Shown piece after piece: positions 46,918 to 56,843 of a stretch of 64,000 bases of DNA; within the stretch, counting starts at the first letter, position 1, and every line of letters starts with the position of its first letter. A model generated the notes under the pieces. The model had not been told where the DNA came from, searched no databases, and saw only the letters and a list, made by a program, of their open reading frames with translations. The position numbers and the translations under genes were made by a program. This DNA comes from Myxococcota bacterium (GTDB taxonomy: Bacteria > Myxococcota_A > UBA9160 > UBA4427), in assembly GCA_965250285.1 (NCBI GenBank), contig OZ252299.1, positions 4,288,001-4,352,000 of the forward strand, given 5' to 3'.

Positions 46918-47430
46918 ATGTGGTGGAGAATCGCAGCGAGGGATGCCGTCTTCATCGGCGCGGTCGTCGCGCTCTGGCGTTTTCTGGCGCCGCTCTCGGG
47001 TGGCGATGGCGCCCTGGCCGACCTGAGCGGCCTGCTGATCGGGCTGGGCGTCGGTGTATCGACGTTTCTGCTGCACGAGTGGGGACACCTGCTCGGTGGC
47101 CTGGCGAGCGGCAGTGACGTCCGCGCGCCGAAGACGCTGACGTCGGCGTATCTGTTCAGCTACGACACGAAGGCCAACTCGCGCCGACAGTTCCTCGTGA
47201 TGTCGTTCGGCGGCTTCATCGTCACGGGGCTCGCCATCTGGCTCGCCTACGCATGGATGCCGGGTGAGCTGCTCGCGACCCGCGTCGCGCGCGGCGCGAT
47301 CGTCTTCCTCGCCTCGCTGACGGTCTTCATCGAGTTTCCGCTGGTGATCTTCTCGCTCTTCCGTTGGCAATCGATGCCCTCGGTCGAGGTGTTCGAGCCC
47401 GAGCCGCCCGAGCCCGAGCGCGCCGGCTAG
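46918..47430 (+). CDS. small membrane protein with HExxH motif (peptidase M50-like)
   Basis: About 4 TM; LLHEWGH at the end of TM2; S.GG motif; GGAGG SD. Confidence 0.7.
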   Translation: MWWRIAARDAVFIGAVVALWRFLAPLSGGDGALADLSGLLIGLGVGVSTFLLHEWGHLLGGLASGSDVRAPKTLTSAYLFSYDTKANSRRQFLVMSFGGFIVTGLAIWLAYAWMPGELLATRVARGAIVFLASLTVFIEFPLVIFSLFRWQSMPSVEVFEPEPPEPERAG

Positions 47431-47453
47431 GGAACCTTCGCACAGCCCGCCGC

Positions 47454-47581
47454 GCCAGGGCCGGGGCAGGCGGGGGTACCGCGCGCAGTTTGCAGGCGCG
47501 ACGGGCGCAACATCCGAGCTCCCCTTCCGGCTCGCGCCGAGAATGTCTGAGCACGGTGCCCCCGCCTGCCCCGGCCCTGGC
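47454..47581. repeat. long inverted repeat element (31-bp arms, 2 mismatches, 66-nt spacer)
   Basis: GCCAGGGCCGGGGCAGGCGGGGGtACCGcGC pairs with 47551-47581; lies between convergent genes. Confidence 0.85.
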
Positions 47582-47610
47582 ACGCGCGAAGCGAGACCTA
47601 CAGAGCCTCG

Positions 47611-49134
47611 CTAGGTGAAGAGCCGTCCGATCTTCGTTCCGAACAGGAACCGGATGAAGCCCTGCATCTGATCCTCTGACTTGCGCGTGTAGGGGTAGTT
47701 GCTCTGCCCCTTCTTGCCGATGACGATCGGATGGGGGTGCGTGTACCCGCGCAGGCCGACCTCGCCATTCACCTGCCCGACCCCCGAGCTCTTGACCCCG
47801 CCGAACGGGGCCTCGGGAATGCCGTACGTCACGGCCATGTCGTTCACGCAGACGCCCCCGGTCTCCATCTTCTCGGCGATTCGGGCGCCCTTCTCGAGAT
47901 CGCGCGTCCAGACGTTGCCATCGAGGCCGTACTCGCTGTCGTTCGCCAGCGCGAGCGCTTCGTCTTCGTCGCGCACCTTCTGAATCGCCAGGATCGGCCC
48001 GAAGGTCTCCTCGCGCATCAGTGCCATGTCGTGGTCGACGTCGACGACGACCGTCGGTTGAAAGTAGAGACCCTGCAGATCGGGGTTGCGGGCGCCCCCC
48101 ACGAGCACCTGGGCGCCGCGATCGACGGCGTCCTCCATGTGGCGCTCGATGATGTCCATCTGCTTGTCCCAGAAGACCGCACCGACATCACACTCGCCGG
48201 TATCGCTCTGGCGCAGTGCCTTCGTCTGTTCGACGACGCGTTCGAGGAACGCGTCGTAGACGCTCTCGACGACGTAGATGCGCTCGGTGCCGCAGCAGTA
48301 GTGGCCCGTGTTCATACACGAGCCCATGACGGCGCCCTTCGCCGCGACGTCGAGATCGGCGTCGGCACACACGATCATCGCGTCCTTGCCGCCGAGCTCG
48401 AGGGTCACGGGGATCAGCCGCTCTCCGCACGCGGCCGCGACCTTGCGACCCGTCGCGGCGCTGCCCGTGAACGAGATCTTGTCGACGCCGGCGGCGATCA
48501 GATCGGCGCCGGTCTGGCCGTCCCCGCGCACCACCTGATAGAGACCCTCGGGCAGACCCGCCTCGCGGACGAGCGACTCGATCAGGAGCGCCGAGAGCGG
48601 CGTCACCTCGCTCGGCTTGTGCACCACGGCGTTGCCCGCCATGAGCGCCTGCACCATCGGGTTCATGGCCAGGACGACGGGGCCGTTCCAGGGCGTGATC
48701 AGCCCGACGACGCCGAGCGGCTTGTAGACGAGCTTGACCTTCTTGGCGAGGCCCATGAGCCCGGCCGGTCGACGCACCGTCGGGGCGAGCATCTTCTTCG
48801 CGCGCTTGGCGTAGTACGAGATCGCGGCGCAAGGTGAGAAGACCTCCATCGCGATCGCCTCACTGCGCGCCTTGCCCGTCTCCTTCACGACGATGTCGAC
48901 GATCTCGTCCTGACGCGCGACGACGCGGTCGACGAGCCGCCACATGATCTCGGCGCGCTCGTCGAACGAACGCTGCGCCCACTCGGCCTGGGCCTTGCGC
49001 GCTCGATCGACCGCCGCGACGACTTCATCCTTCGTCGCGGCATCGAAGTCGCCGATCGGCTCGAAGGTCACCGGGCTCTTCACTTGATAGCGGCGACGAC
49101 CGGCGTCAGAGGGGATCGATTCGAAGATGGCCAT
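47611..49134 (-). CDS. aldehyde dehydrogenase
   Basis: ITPWN, KPSE.TP, FTGS, LELGGK, catalytic Cys in N.GHYCC, EETFGP, PFGG.K.SG.G. Confidence 0.96.
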   Translation of the reverse strand: MAIFESIPSDAGRRRYQVKSPVTFEPIGDFDAATKDEVVAAVDRARKAQAEWAQRSFDERAEIMWRLVDRVVARQDEIVDIVVKETGKARSEAIAMEVFSPCAAISYYAKRAKKMLAPTVRRPAGLMGLAKKVKLVYKPLGVVGLITPWNGPVVLAMNPMVQALMAGNAVVHKPSEVTPLSALLIESLVREAGLPEGLYQVVRGDGQTGADLIAAGVDKISFTGSAATGRKVAAACGERLIPVTLELGGKDAMIVCADADLDVAAKGAVMGSCMNTGHYCCGTERIYVVESVYDAFLERVVEQTKALRQSDTGECDVGAVFWDKQMDIIERHMEDAVDRGAQVLVGGARNPDLQGLYFQPTVVVDVDHDMALMREETFGPILAIQKVRDEDEALALANDSEYGLDGNVWTRDLEKGARIAEKMETGGVCVNDMAVTYGIPEAPFGGVKSSGVGQVNGEVGLRGYTHPHPIVIGKKGQSNYPYTRKSEDQMQGFIRFLFGTKIGRLFT

Positions 49135-49218
49135 GAGAGAATCTCACCTGGGAAGCCGAACGCTTCCGAATGGGGTGGGCGTGATGCGCAGCGTTCGAGG
49201 CAGGGTAGCCTTCCCCTC

Positions 49219-50244
49219 ATGACCGATCACGCCGCCACCCCGCCCCCCGTGCATGCCGCCCTGCGCATCAACATGACGGGCCTGCAGCCCGACCCGCGCG
49301 CCGAGTCGGAGCGCTACCGAGCCGCCATCGAAATGGCGGTGTACGCCGAAGAGAACGGCTTCGACACGGTCAACCTCGAAGAGCACCACTGCGCCGACAA
49401 CGGCTGGCTGCCCTCTCCCCTCGTACTCGCAGCGATGATCATCGCGCGCACGAAGCGGGTGCGCGTGAGCGTCACCGCACTGCTCGCGACGCTCTACGAC
49501 CCGATCCGCCTCGCCGAAGACGTCGCGGTGCTCGATCTCGTGAGCGAGGGGCGCTTCACGTTCACGGCCGGCCTCGGGTACCGACCGATCGAATACCACG
49601 CGACCGGCAAGCGCTGGGACGAGCGCGGCCGGCTCATGGACGAGCTCATCGAAACCCTGCTGACGGCGTGGAAGGGCGAGCCGTTCGAGTACCGCGGTGA
49701 GACGATCCGCGTGACGCCGACGCCGATGACGAAGCCGCACCCGCTCTTCCTCGTCGGTGGCATGAGCAAGGTCGCGGCGCGGCGAGCCGCTCGCTTCGGC
49801 TTGCCCTTCTATCCTCCGCAGCACCAGCCCGAGCTCGAGCGCTTCTACTACGCCGAGCTCGAGAAGCACGGCAAGCAGGGGTTCTATCTGCATCCCGGCG
49901 AGGGCAACTCGATGCTCGTCGTCGAGCCCGACCCCGAGCGGGCCTGGCAGGAGCTTGCGCCCTACTACCTGCGCGAGCTGCAGGAGTACGGAAGCTGGAA
50001 GGTCGAGGGCGTACCGCGACCGAGCGAAGAGCACGTCGAATCGATCGAAGAGCTGCGCGCACAGAAGCGCTTCGAGATCTTCTCGCCCGAAGACGCGCTC
50101 GACGAGCTCGCGAGCGGGCGACGGCCGACGGCCGTGCTGCATCCACTCGCGGGCGGCGTCCCGCTCGAGCGGGCGTGGCGACAGCTCGAGACGTTCAGTA
50201 CCGACGTACTCGCGCCGGTGCGACGCGGCGACGTGGCGGTCTAG
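49219..50244 (+). CDS. LLM-class (luciferase-like) flavin-dependent oxidoreductase
   Basis: EEHH....W.PSP, DP.RLAED.A.LD..S.GR, GYR..EY, AARRAAR.G. Confidence 0.92.
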   Translation: MTDHAATPPPVHAALRINMTGLQPDPRAESERYRAAIEMAVYAEENGFDTVNLEEHHCADNGWLPSPLVLAAMIIARTKRVRVSVTALLATLYDPIRLAEDVAVLDLVSEGRFTFTAGLGYRPIEYHATGKRWDERGRLMDELIETLLTAWKGEPFEYRGETIRVTPTPMTKPHPLFLVGGMSKVAARRAARFGLPFYPPQHQPELERFYYAELEKHGKQGFYLHPGEGNSMLVVEPDPERAWQELAPYYLRELQEYGSWKVEGVPRPSEEHVESIEELRAQKRFEIFSPEDALDELASGRRPTAVLHPLAGGVPLERAWRQLETFSTDVLAPVRRGDVAV

Positions 50245-50246
50245 TC

Positions 50247-50900
50247 GTGGCGGAGACATTCGTCGGTATCGACGTCAGCCGGCGTCGAGGTTCGGCCGTG
50301 GCCGCCCTCGACGAAGCCGGGCGCATCTTCGAAGCACGCTGGATCGAGCCCGACGCCGATCTGCGCACCGAGATGCTCGGCCTCGTCGACCGATACGAGC
50401 AGCCGACGTTCGGCATCGACAGCCCGCGCTGTCCGCTCGAGCAGCCGCGCGACTGGTACTGGACGCGCGACCGCTGGACGCGGCGCAGCGATCAGGAGGG
50501 CTGGGGTCGACACTGCGAGGTCGTCGTGAGCGCCCACCGCCTCGCCCGGCCCCAGTGGACCCCGCACGGCTCGCAAGCGCCCGAGTGGATGCAGATCGGG
50601 TTCGAGATGTTTCGCAGCCTCGACGGCCGCGCGCCCGCGCACGAGGTCTTCCCGTCGGCGGCCTACACGCTGCTCGATGGCGACACGAGCGCCCGATTCG
50701 ACCTCTCGCTCGACGGGTTCCGTCGCAACCCCAAGGACATGCTCGACGCGGCAGTCGCCGCGCTCAGCGTCCGAGAGTTCGCAACGGGGCGCGGCTGCGA
50801 GGTCGGGGGCGGGGACGGACTCGGCACGATCGTGCTGCCCCGCCCGATCCCGAGCCCGATCGAAGCCGTCCTCAGCTGGCCCGAACGCGCCGGCGCCTAG
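50247..50900 (+). CDS. DUF429 family protein (predicted RNase H-like nuclease fold)
   Basis: FVGIDV, GIDSP, HEVFP, D.LDA.V.AL, DG.G.IVLP. Confidence 0.82.
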   Translation: MAETFVGIDVSRRRGSAVAALDEAGRIFEARWIEPDADLRTEMLGLVDRYEQPTFGIDSPRCPLEQPRDWYWTRDRWTRRSDQEGWGRHCEVVVSAHRLARPQWTPHGSQAPEWMQIGFEMFRSLDGRAPAHEVFPSAAYTLLDGDTSARFDLSLDGFRRNPKDMLDAAVAALSVREFATGRGCEVGGGDGLGTIVLPRPIPSPIEAVLSWPERAGA

Positions 50901-52315
50901 CGCGCAGCGTGCACGACGCCCTGGGCAGCCGCCTCGAGCGCTTCGAGGGCGACCGGGATCCCGTCCGCGATCGCCTGGGCGTCTTCGACCAGATCGGGGT
51001 CGACCAGAAAACCGAAGTCGATTCGATCCATGTACGACACCGCCGTCACGTTGAGGCCATTGCCCACCTGCAGAATCGACATCGGGTACATCGCGTCGAC
51101 CTTCGCGCCGGCCATGTAGACGGGCACCGGAAGACCGCGCACGTTCGAGAAGACGAAGTTCCCCGGCAACGGGACGTAGTCGAGCGCCAGACCGCTCGCC
51201 GACATCAGCCACTGGATCGCGTTCGGCGAGAGCACCTCGCCGACGGCGCTCATCAGATCGAATCCGCCCCGCGACACCTTCCTCTTGGCGTGCGCGGCGC
51301 TGCGATGAATCGACTTGAGTCGCTGGGCAGGGTCGGCCAGGTGCGTCGCGATCGACACCGACATCGTGCCGATCTGATTGTCGAGCGTCTTGTCGCCCGC
51401 CTCGCGGCGCGAAACCGGGCAGCACGCCACGAGCGAGTCCTGCGGCAGCGCGCCGCGTTCGCGCATCGACCGACGCAGCGAAGCCCCGACGAGCTCGAGC
51501 AGGACGTCATTCACCGTGACGTCGAAGTGCTTCTTGAGCTCGCGCACCGACTCGAGGGAGACCGAGGCCGACGCGAAGCCGCGCCGCGGCCCGACGCCCT
51601 CGTTGAACTCGGCGCGCGGCACCTCTGCCGACCGCGGTGCATACCGGGTCGACGGGTCACCGAGCCACTGCTCGCCGAGCGACTTCAGTGCGCTGACGCC
51701 GTGGTCGAAGAGCTTGCCCGAGCGTGTGATCGCGTTCTTCGCGGCGCGGGCCACGATCTCGTTGGCCGCCGGCGCCGCCGGAGCGTGCTCCTGCATCTCG
51801 ACCGGGATCAGCGGCTGGTCGGCATCGGGGGTGAGATCCATGAGGATCTCGGCGAGCCCGACGCCGCCTTCCCCGTCGAGCAGGCAGTGGTGCATCTTGA
51901 TCAGCATCGCGACACGGCCGTCGGCCAGGCCCTCGATCCACCACGCCTCCCAGAGCGGGCGCGAGCGATCGAGCGGGCGCGCGTGGAGCAACCCCGCCAT
52001 GTCGTGGAGATCGCGCAGCGTGCCGTCGCCCGCCAGCGCGATCCGGTGGATGTGGGATCGCGGGACGAAGTCGGCATCTTCGACGAAGTACGGGCGGTCG
52101 AGACCGAAGGGCACCTCGAGCAGCTTCCAGCCGAAGCGTGGCACCAGCGAGATGCGATCCTCGATGCGGGCGACCATCCGCTCGAAGCCGAAGCCGTCGA
52201 CATCGCGGCCATCGATGATCGTGAGGCCGCCGATGTGGCTGGGGGCGCGGTCGCTCTCGACGGCGACGAAGATCGCATCCCCGTCGGCGAGCTGGTGGAT
52301 GTGTCTCTCGTTCAT
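50897..52315 (-). CDS. wax ester synthase / diacylglycerol acyltransferase (WS/DGAT)
   Basis: PLDRSRPLWE, catalytic HHCLLDG, TVNDV, SNV.G. Confidence 0.95.
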   Translation of the reverse strand: MNERHIHQLADGDAIFVAVESDRAPSHIGGLTIIDGRDVDGFGFERMVARIEDRISLVPRFGWKLLEVPFGLDRPYFVEDADFVPRSHIHRIALAGDGTLRDLHDMAGLLHARPLDRSRPLWEAWWIEGLADGRVAMLIKMHHCLLDGEGGVGLAEILMDLTPDADQPLIPVEMQEHAPAAPAANEIVARAAKNAITRSGKLFDHGVSALKSLGEQWLGDPSTRYAPRSAEVPRAEFNEGVGPRRGFASASVSLESVRELKKHFDVTVNDVLLELVGASLRRSMRERGALPQDSLVACCPVSRREAGDKTLDNQIGTMSVSIATHLADPAQRLKSIHRSAAHAKRKVSRGGFDLMSAVGEVLSPNAIQWLMSASGLALDYVPLPGNFVFSNVRGLPVPVYMAGAKVDAMYPMSILQVGNGLNVTAVSYMDRIDFGFLVDPDLVEDAQAIADGIPVALEALEAAAQGVVHAAR

Positions 52316-52489
52316 GACGTGTTCTTTTCTTCCGTCTCGAGATCGCGCCGGGCCCGGGTCCCATCGGGCGCGCGATGCTCGAATTGCGAGGTCACCGGCA
52401 GTGTGTGCACCTCGAGTGACGACACAAGCACGATGGCGAGGCGTCTTCGAAGCAACACGATTCGGCGCTCGAATCGAGGCGGGGCAAAC

Positions 52490-52505
52490 CGCAGATGCGG
52501 TGCCA
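52490..52505 (-). promoter_or_regulatory. candidate sigma54 (-24/-12) promoter for WS/DGAT
   Basis: Minus strand TGGCACCGCATCTGCG with exact GG-N10-GC spacing, inside a 470-bp intergenic region. Confidence 0.45.
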
Positions 52506-52787
52506 CTTGATTTCGACCACGTGTGTGAGACATCCACCGGGGCGCCGGCAGCGCTCGTTCGGATCCTCCAGTCCCGACGTTCGTCGGGTACCGGGGTTCC
52601 ATCCCCGACCGCGAGGACGCGGCCTGACTCGGGGAACGGCGCGCAGTGTATAGACCGACGCTGCCCGCGCAAGCGCTCGAAGCGCGCCGCGCCGTCACAT
52701 CATGGTTTCAACACGGCGCCTGCAGATTGTGCGGTGCACCTCGAAGCGCTGCGCTGAGCGAGAGTCGCGGGCAGAGGGGGTCGCCCC

Positions 52788-53996
52788 TCAATGTCGACGA
52801 TCGGCGCAACGAACTGCGGCGCCGCCAATGCGCGCGATCCGGGCGTCACCGAAGGGTGTCCCGACGCCGCTGTTGACGGTGAGCGCAACCGACAATTCGC
52901 GATCTGGATCGGCCCACGCCCCCGAGCCGCCGAACCCGAAGTGGCCGAAGCCCCGCGGAACGCGCCCGCGCGTCGTGAAGACACGGTGGTAGCCGAGTCG
53001 AAAGTGCATCGGCACCGGGATCACCCGGCCCATGCCCCGGTTCTGCACCGTGCCCATGGCCTGCACGGTTTCGGGCGACAGCAGCCGCACACCGTCGAGC
53101 TCGCCACCGGCCGCGAGACAGGCGTAGAGGCGCGCGAGCGACCGGGCCGTGAACAGACCGTTGGCCGCCGGCACCGACGCCGAGCGGTATTCGGCCGAGT
53201 TCATGTCGAGCAACGCCATGCCCTGGGGCGAAAGGGCTCGCATCGCTTCTCTCGGGTCGTAGGAGACGCCCACCCGGCGCAGCCGTCGGGCCCAGCGGTC
53301 GGCCCCCGCCCGCATCCGCTCGAGACGCCGCACCCGCTCGGCGTCGGTGCCCTCGAGCATCGATGACATCAGCTTCGCGACCCGGTGGTGCTCGCTGTCG
53401 GGCGCGCCGCAATAGAGCCCGTCGAGCCCCAGCGGTCGGGCGAGCTCACGCTCGATCAGCTCGGCGAAGGGCTTCCCACCCAGCAGGCGCCTTGCCAGCT
53501 CGCCCACGAGCCAGCCGTACGTCAGCGCGTGATAGCCGTGGGCGGTACCGGGCTCGTAGCGGGGCTCGCTCTCGGCGAGGCGACGCGTCACGAGATCCCA
53601 GTCGAGCATGTCGCTCGGCGCGTCGACGATCCCCTCGGCCGAGTGCAGGCCGGCTTCGTGGCACATCAGCTGTCGCACCGTGATCGCCTGCTTGCCGGCC
53701 TGGCCGAACTCGGGCCAGACCTCGGCGACCGGTGTGTCGTACGCGACCAGGCCCCGGTCGGCGCAGACGTGCAGCAGCGTCGACGCGACCCCCTTCGTCG
53801 TCGAGAATGAGAGGCTCAGCGTGTCTTCCTGCCAGGGCGTGCCTTCGGGGTCCTTCGTGCCGCCCCAGGCGTCGACGACCTTCTCGCCGCGGTGATACAC
53901 GCAGACCGCTGCGCCCCCGGGCCCGGTCTTCGGAACGATGCGCCGCAGCATCGTCGCGACGCCGGCAAAGTCGGGATGAATCTGACCTTCGAGCAC
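52788..53996 (-). CDS. serine hydrolase, beta-lactamase class C / family VIII esterase
   Basis: FSTTK (SxxK), LMCHEAGL, GYHALTYG, FGH.G.GGS; GAGGAG SD before GTG. Confidence 0.93.
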   Translation of the reverse strand: MLEGQIHPDFAGVATMLRRIVPKTGPGGAAVCVYHRGEKVVDAWGGTKDPEGTPWQEDTLSLSFSTTKGVASTLLHVCADRGLVAYDTPVAEVWPEFGQAGKQAITVRQLMCHEAGLHSAEGIVDAPSDMLDWDLVTRRLAESEPRYEPGTAHGYHALTYGWLVGELARRLLGGKPFAELIERELARPLGLDGLYCGAPDSEHHRVAKLMSSMLEGTDAERVRRLERMRAGADRWARRLRRVGVSYDPREAMRALSPQGMALLDMNSAEYRSASVPAANGLFTARSLARLYACLAAGGELDGVRLLSPETVQAMGTVQNRGMGRVIPVPMHFRLGYHRVFTTRGRVPRGFGHFGFGGSGAWADPDRELSVALTVNSGVGTPFGDARIARIGGAAVRCADRRH

Positions 53997-54042
53997 GCTG
54001 CTCTCCTCGCTCTGGTTCCGGACGCGCGGCGCGAGCCGCGCT

Positions 54043-55230
54043 TCAGGCGCTGGCGCTGGCGACGATCCCCGAGCCCGCGAGCTTCGCGATTTCGTCGGGT
54101 GCGTAGCCGAGCTCGCCGAGGATCTCTTCGGTGTGTTCGCCGAGCAGCGGGGCGGGGCGGCGAATCTCGCTCGGTGTGCCGTCCATGCGCTCGGGGGGGC
54201 GCGTCTGGCGCACGAGACCGACGACCGGGTGCTCGTCTTCGACGACGATCCCGTTCTCGATGACCTGCGGATGCAGGTGGACGTCGTCCCTCGTGAGCAC
54301 GGGCGCGCATGGCACGTCGGCGTCATCGAGCACTTTGAGCCAGTGCGCACTCGGCCGGGTCGCGATGACGGCCGACATCATGTCGAGCCGCTCCTTCGCG
54401 TGGCGGACGAGCCCGGCCGTATCCTGGAATCGGTCGTCCTCGAGCCACTCGGGCTTCTCGGCGGCCTCGCAAAAGGCGACCCACTCGCGGTGCGCCACCG
54501 TCGAGATCATGATGTGGCCGTCGGCGGTGGCGTAGACCAGATCGCGGCGCGCGACCGGCTTCGCCTTCGGCAGATCGGGCGAGACGAACGTGTGATACGC
54601 CATGCCTTCGGGCCAGACGAACGACAGCACCGAGTCGAGCATCGACAGCTCGATGTGCTGACCGACTCCGGTGCGTTCGCGGGCCAGCAGCGCGGCCGTG
54701 ATCGCCTGCGCCGCGGTCAACGCCGTGACCTTGTCGGGGACGATCACACGCACGAGCCGCGGTCGATCGGTGCCGAAGCCCTGGATCTCGGCCAGCGTCG
54801 ACATGCCCTGGATCAGCGGGTCGTAGACCCGCTTGTGCGCATAGGGCCCGCTCGCACCGAATCCGCTGATCGAGACGTAGACCAGACGCGGGTTCAGGCC
54901 GCGCAGGCGCTCCGGGCCGTAGCCCATGCGTTCGGCCGCGCCGGGCCGGCTGTTCTGGATGAACACGTCGGCTCCCTCGACCAGGCGGTCGAGCACGTCG
55001 TGCGCGCCCTCCTTCTTGAGGTCGAGCACGACCGAGCGCTTGCTGCGGTTGATGGTGGTGAAGGTCGGGGCGAGGCCGCGCAGGCCGCCCATGTGCCGCA
55101 GCGTGTCGCCCCGCGGTGGCTCGACCTTGATCACGTCCGCGCCCTGGTCGCCCAGGATGCGCGTGGCGAGCGGCCCCGAGATCACCTGGGTCGCGTCGAT
55201 GATGCGGAAGCCGTCGAGTGCGCCTGCCAC
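54043..55230 (-). CDS. CoA-transferase family III (CaiB/BaiF)
   Basis: [28 protein letters not shown], catalytic Asp in PDKV, AP.LGEHT. Confidence 0.95.
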   Translation of the reverse strand: MAGALDGFRIIDATQVISGPLATRILGDQGADVIKVEPPRGDTLRHMGGLRGLAPTFTTINRSKRSVVLDLKKEGAHDVLDRLVEGADVFIQNSRPGAAERMGYGPERLRGLNPRLVYVSISGFGASGPYAHKRVYDPLIQGMSTLAEIQGFGTDRPRLVRVIVPDKVTALTAAQAITAALLARERTGVGQHIELSMLDSVLSFVWPEGMAYHTFVSPDLPKAKPVARRDLVYATADGHIMISTVAHREWVAFCEAAEKPEWLEDDRFQDTAGLVRHAKERLDMMSAVIATRPSAHWLKVLDDADVPCAPVLTRDDVHLHPQVIENGIVVEDEHPVVGLVRQTRPPERMDGTPSEIRRPAPLLGEHTEEILGELGYAPDEIAKLAGSGIVASASA

Positions 55231-55278
55231 GTTCGATCCTCGCGTGAGGGGCGGCCGGGCGGACGCGCGCGTCTCGCC

Positions 55279-56694
55279 TCAGTCGGCCGGCTTCCAATTG
55301 CCATGGAAGCCCCACGGTATGCGGGCCGGGCACTGGATCGTAGCAAGCGGTCCGGCTTCGATCTGCTGGGCATCGAGCACCAGCAGATCGCTGCGATTCT
55401 CGGCACCGCGGTACACGATCGCGAGGACGAAGCCGTCGCCCTCGGCCGCATCGGGGCCTCGGGGCACGAACTGCGGCTCGCCGGTCGCGTCGCCGTCGGG
55501 CAGCCTGTACGTGCGGCGCGCGCCGCTGCGCATGTCGTAGTGGAAGATGCAGTTGTTGTTCATCGGCTCGCCCGCGGCGCGGGGGATGCCCTCGCTGCCG
55601 AGCGTCCAGGTGTCGGCGTAGCGCTTGCCGACGAAGCGCGGATCGACGCGACCGAACTCGGCCGGCGACTCGTCGAGGGCCTCGTCCTTGAGCGAGCCCG
55701 ACTCGAGGTCGATCGTCCATCGGTGGAGGGTCGGCGGGCTCGGGGGTGCGCCGTCATCGGCCAGGCGCAGCGCGACGTGGTCGAGGTGGAAGACGTCGGC
55801 GTAGACCGTCTGCCCCTCGGTCCACGCGTTGACGTAGTGAAAGACGTACCCGGCCTCTTTCTCGATCCACACGATGTCGTCGTTGCCGCCATCGCGGGGC
55901 ATCACGCCGATGTGCGAGCCACGCTCGGGCTGCCAGCTGAGGAGAGAACCGTTCTCGGCCATGCGTTCGAAGTCGAAGATCGCCGGATGGTGCGGGAAGA
56001 TCACGTGCTCCGAAGTCGTCACGAAGTCGTGCATCATGTTCGGGAAGGGAGCATCGACGACGTCGGATCGTTTGACGTGTCCATCGGGACCGATCACGTG
56101 GTAGACCATCCACGGCGCCATCGGGCTGTAGCCGAAGCCGATCAGCTCGCCCGTGTCGGGGTCTTCCTTCGGGTGCGCCGTCATGATGTCGGAGCCCATC
56201 TGGCCGAAGCGCTCGCGAGAGAAGGCGCCCGCGTCGTCCCAGACGCCGATGGTCTCGAGGGTCACCGGGTCGAGCTCGGTCGGAGGGCCTGCCTCCCACA
56301 GAGCCAACAAGCGACCGCCGTGCCAGATGATGTTCGTGTTGGCCGTGTTCCCGCTGACGCCCTCGGTCTTCGCGTCGCCCTCCCCCGAGCCGAGCCCGCC
56401 GAAGAGCGACCGGCCCGCCTCGCGCTCGAGGTCGAAACGCGCGGTGCGCACCCAGCGATTGCGGTAGTCGCAGCGACCGTCTTCGAACCAGAAGCCGTGG
56501 ATCATGCCGTCGCCTTCGAACCAGTGATACGACGGCGACGGCGCGAACTGCGGGTTCGAGCCGTTTCGGTAGTACGCCCCGCGCAGCTCGGCCGGAATCT
56601 CACCCTCGACCACGAGGTCGGGTGCGTCGCTCTCCATCAACAGAGGGGCGAAGTTGCCGCTCAGGAACGGGTTGTCGGGGAAGGGTCGACTCAT
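55279..56694 (-). CDS. carotenoid oxygenase family (second CCD/LSD-like paralog)
   Basis: NPFLSGNFAP, HWFEGDGM, NTANT; His ligands AHPK, MMHD, VFHY, GFHG. Confidence 0.95.
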   Translation of the reverse strand: MSRPFPDNPFLSGNFAPLLMESDAPDLVVEGEIPAELRGAYYRNGSNPQFAPSPSYHWFEGDGMIHGFWFEDGRCDYRNRWVRTARFDLEREAGRSLFGGLGSGEGDAKTEGVSGNTANTNIIWHGGRLLALWEAGPPTELDPVTLETIGVWDDAGAFSRERFGQMGSDIMTAHPKEDPDTGELIGFGYSPMAPWMVYHVIGPDGHVKRSDVVDAPFPNMMHDFVTTSEHVIFPHHPAIFDFERMAENGSLLSWQPERGSHIGVMPRDGGNDDIVWIEKEAGYVFHYVNAWTEGQTVYADVFHLDHVALRLADDGAPPSPPTLHRWTIDLESGSLKDEALDESPAEFGRVDPRFVGKRYADTWTLGSEGIPRAAGEPMNNNCIFHYDMRSGARRTYRLPDGDATGEPQFVPRGPDAAEGDGFVLAIVYRGAENRSDLLVLDAQQIEAGPLATIQCPARIPWGFHGNWKPAD

Positions 56695-56843
56695 GACGAG
56701 ACCTCGAGCAAGGGGGCGCTGCGTGAGCCGGGCGGCCGGCCCTCACTCGAGTGTAGTGCGACGGGGGCGCGCCGGTGTGGGGCCGGGATTCGTGATCGAA
56801 TCGATTCCGTGTCGAGAAGGCACGGGCCGATCGGCGCAGATCG

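Noticed and set aside
44331..50900. Convergent genes sharing CTAG stop overlaps (44331-44334 and 50897-50900)
   Set aside because: Common compact arrangement with no further signal
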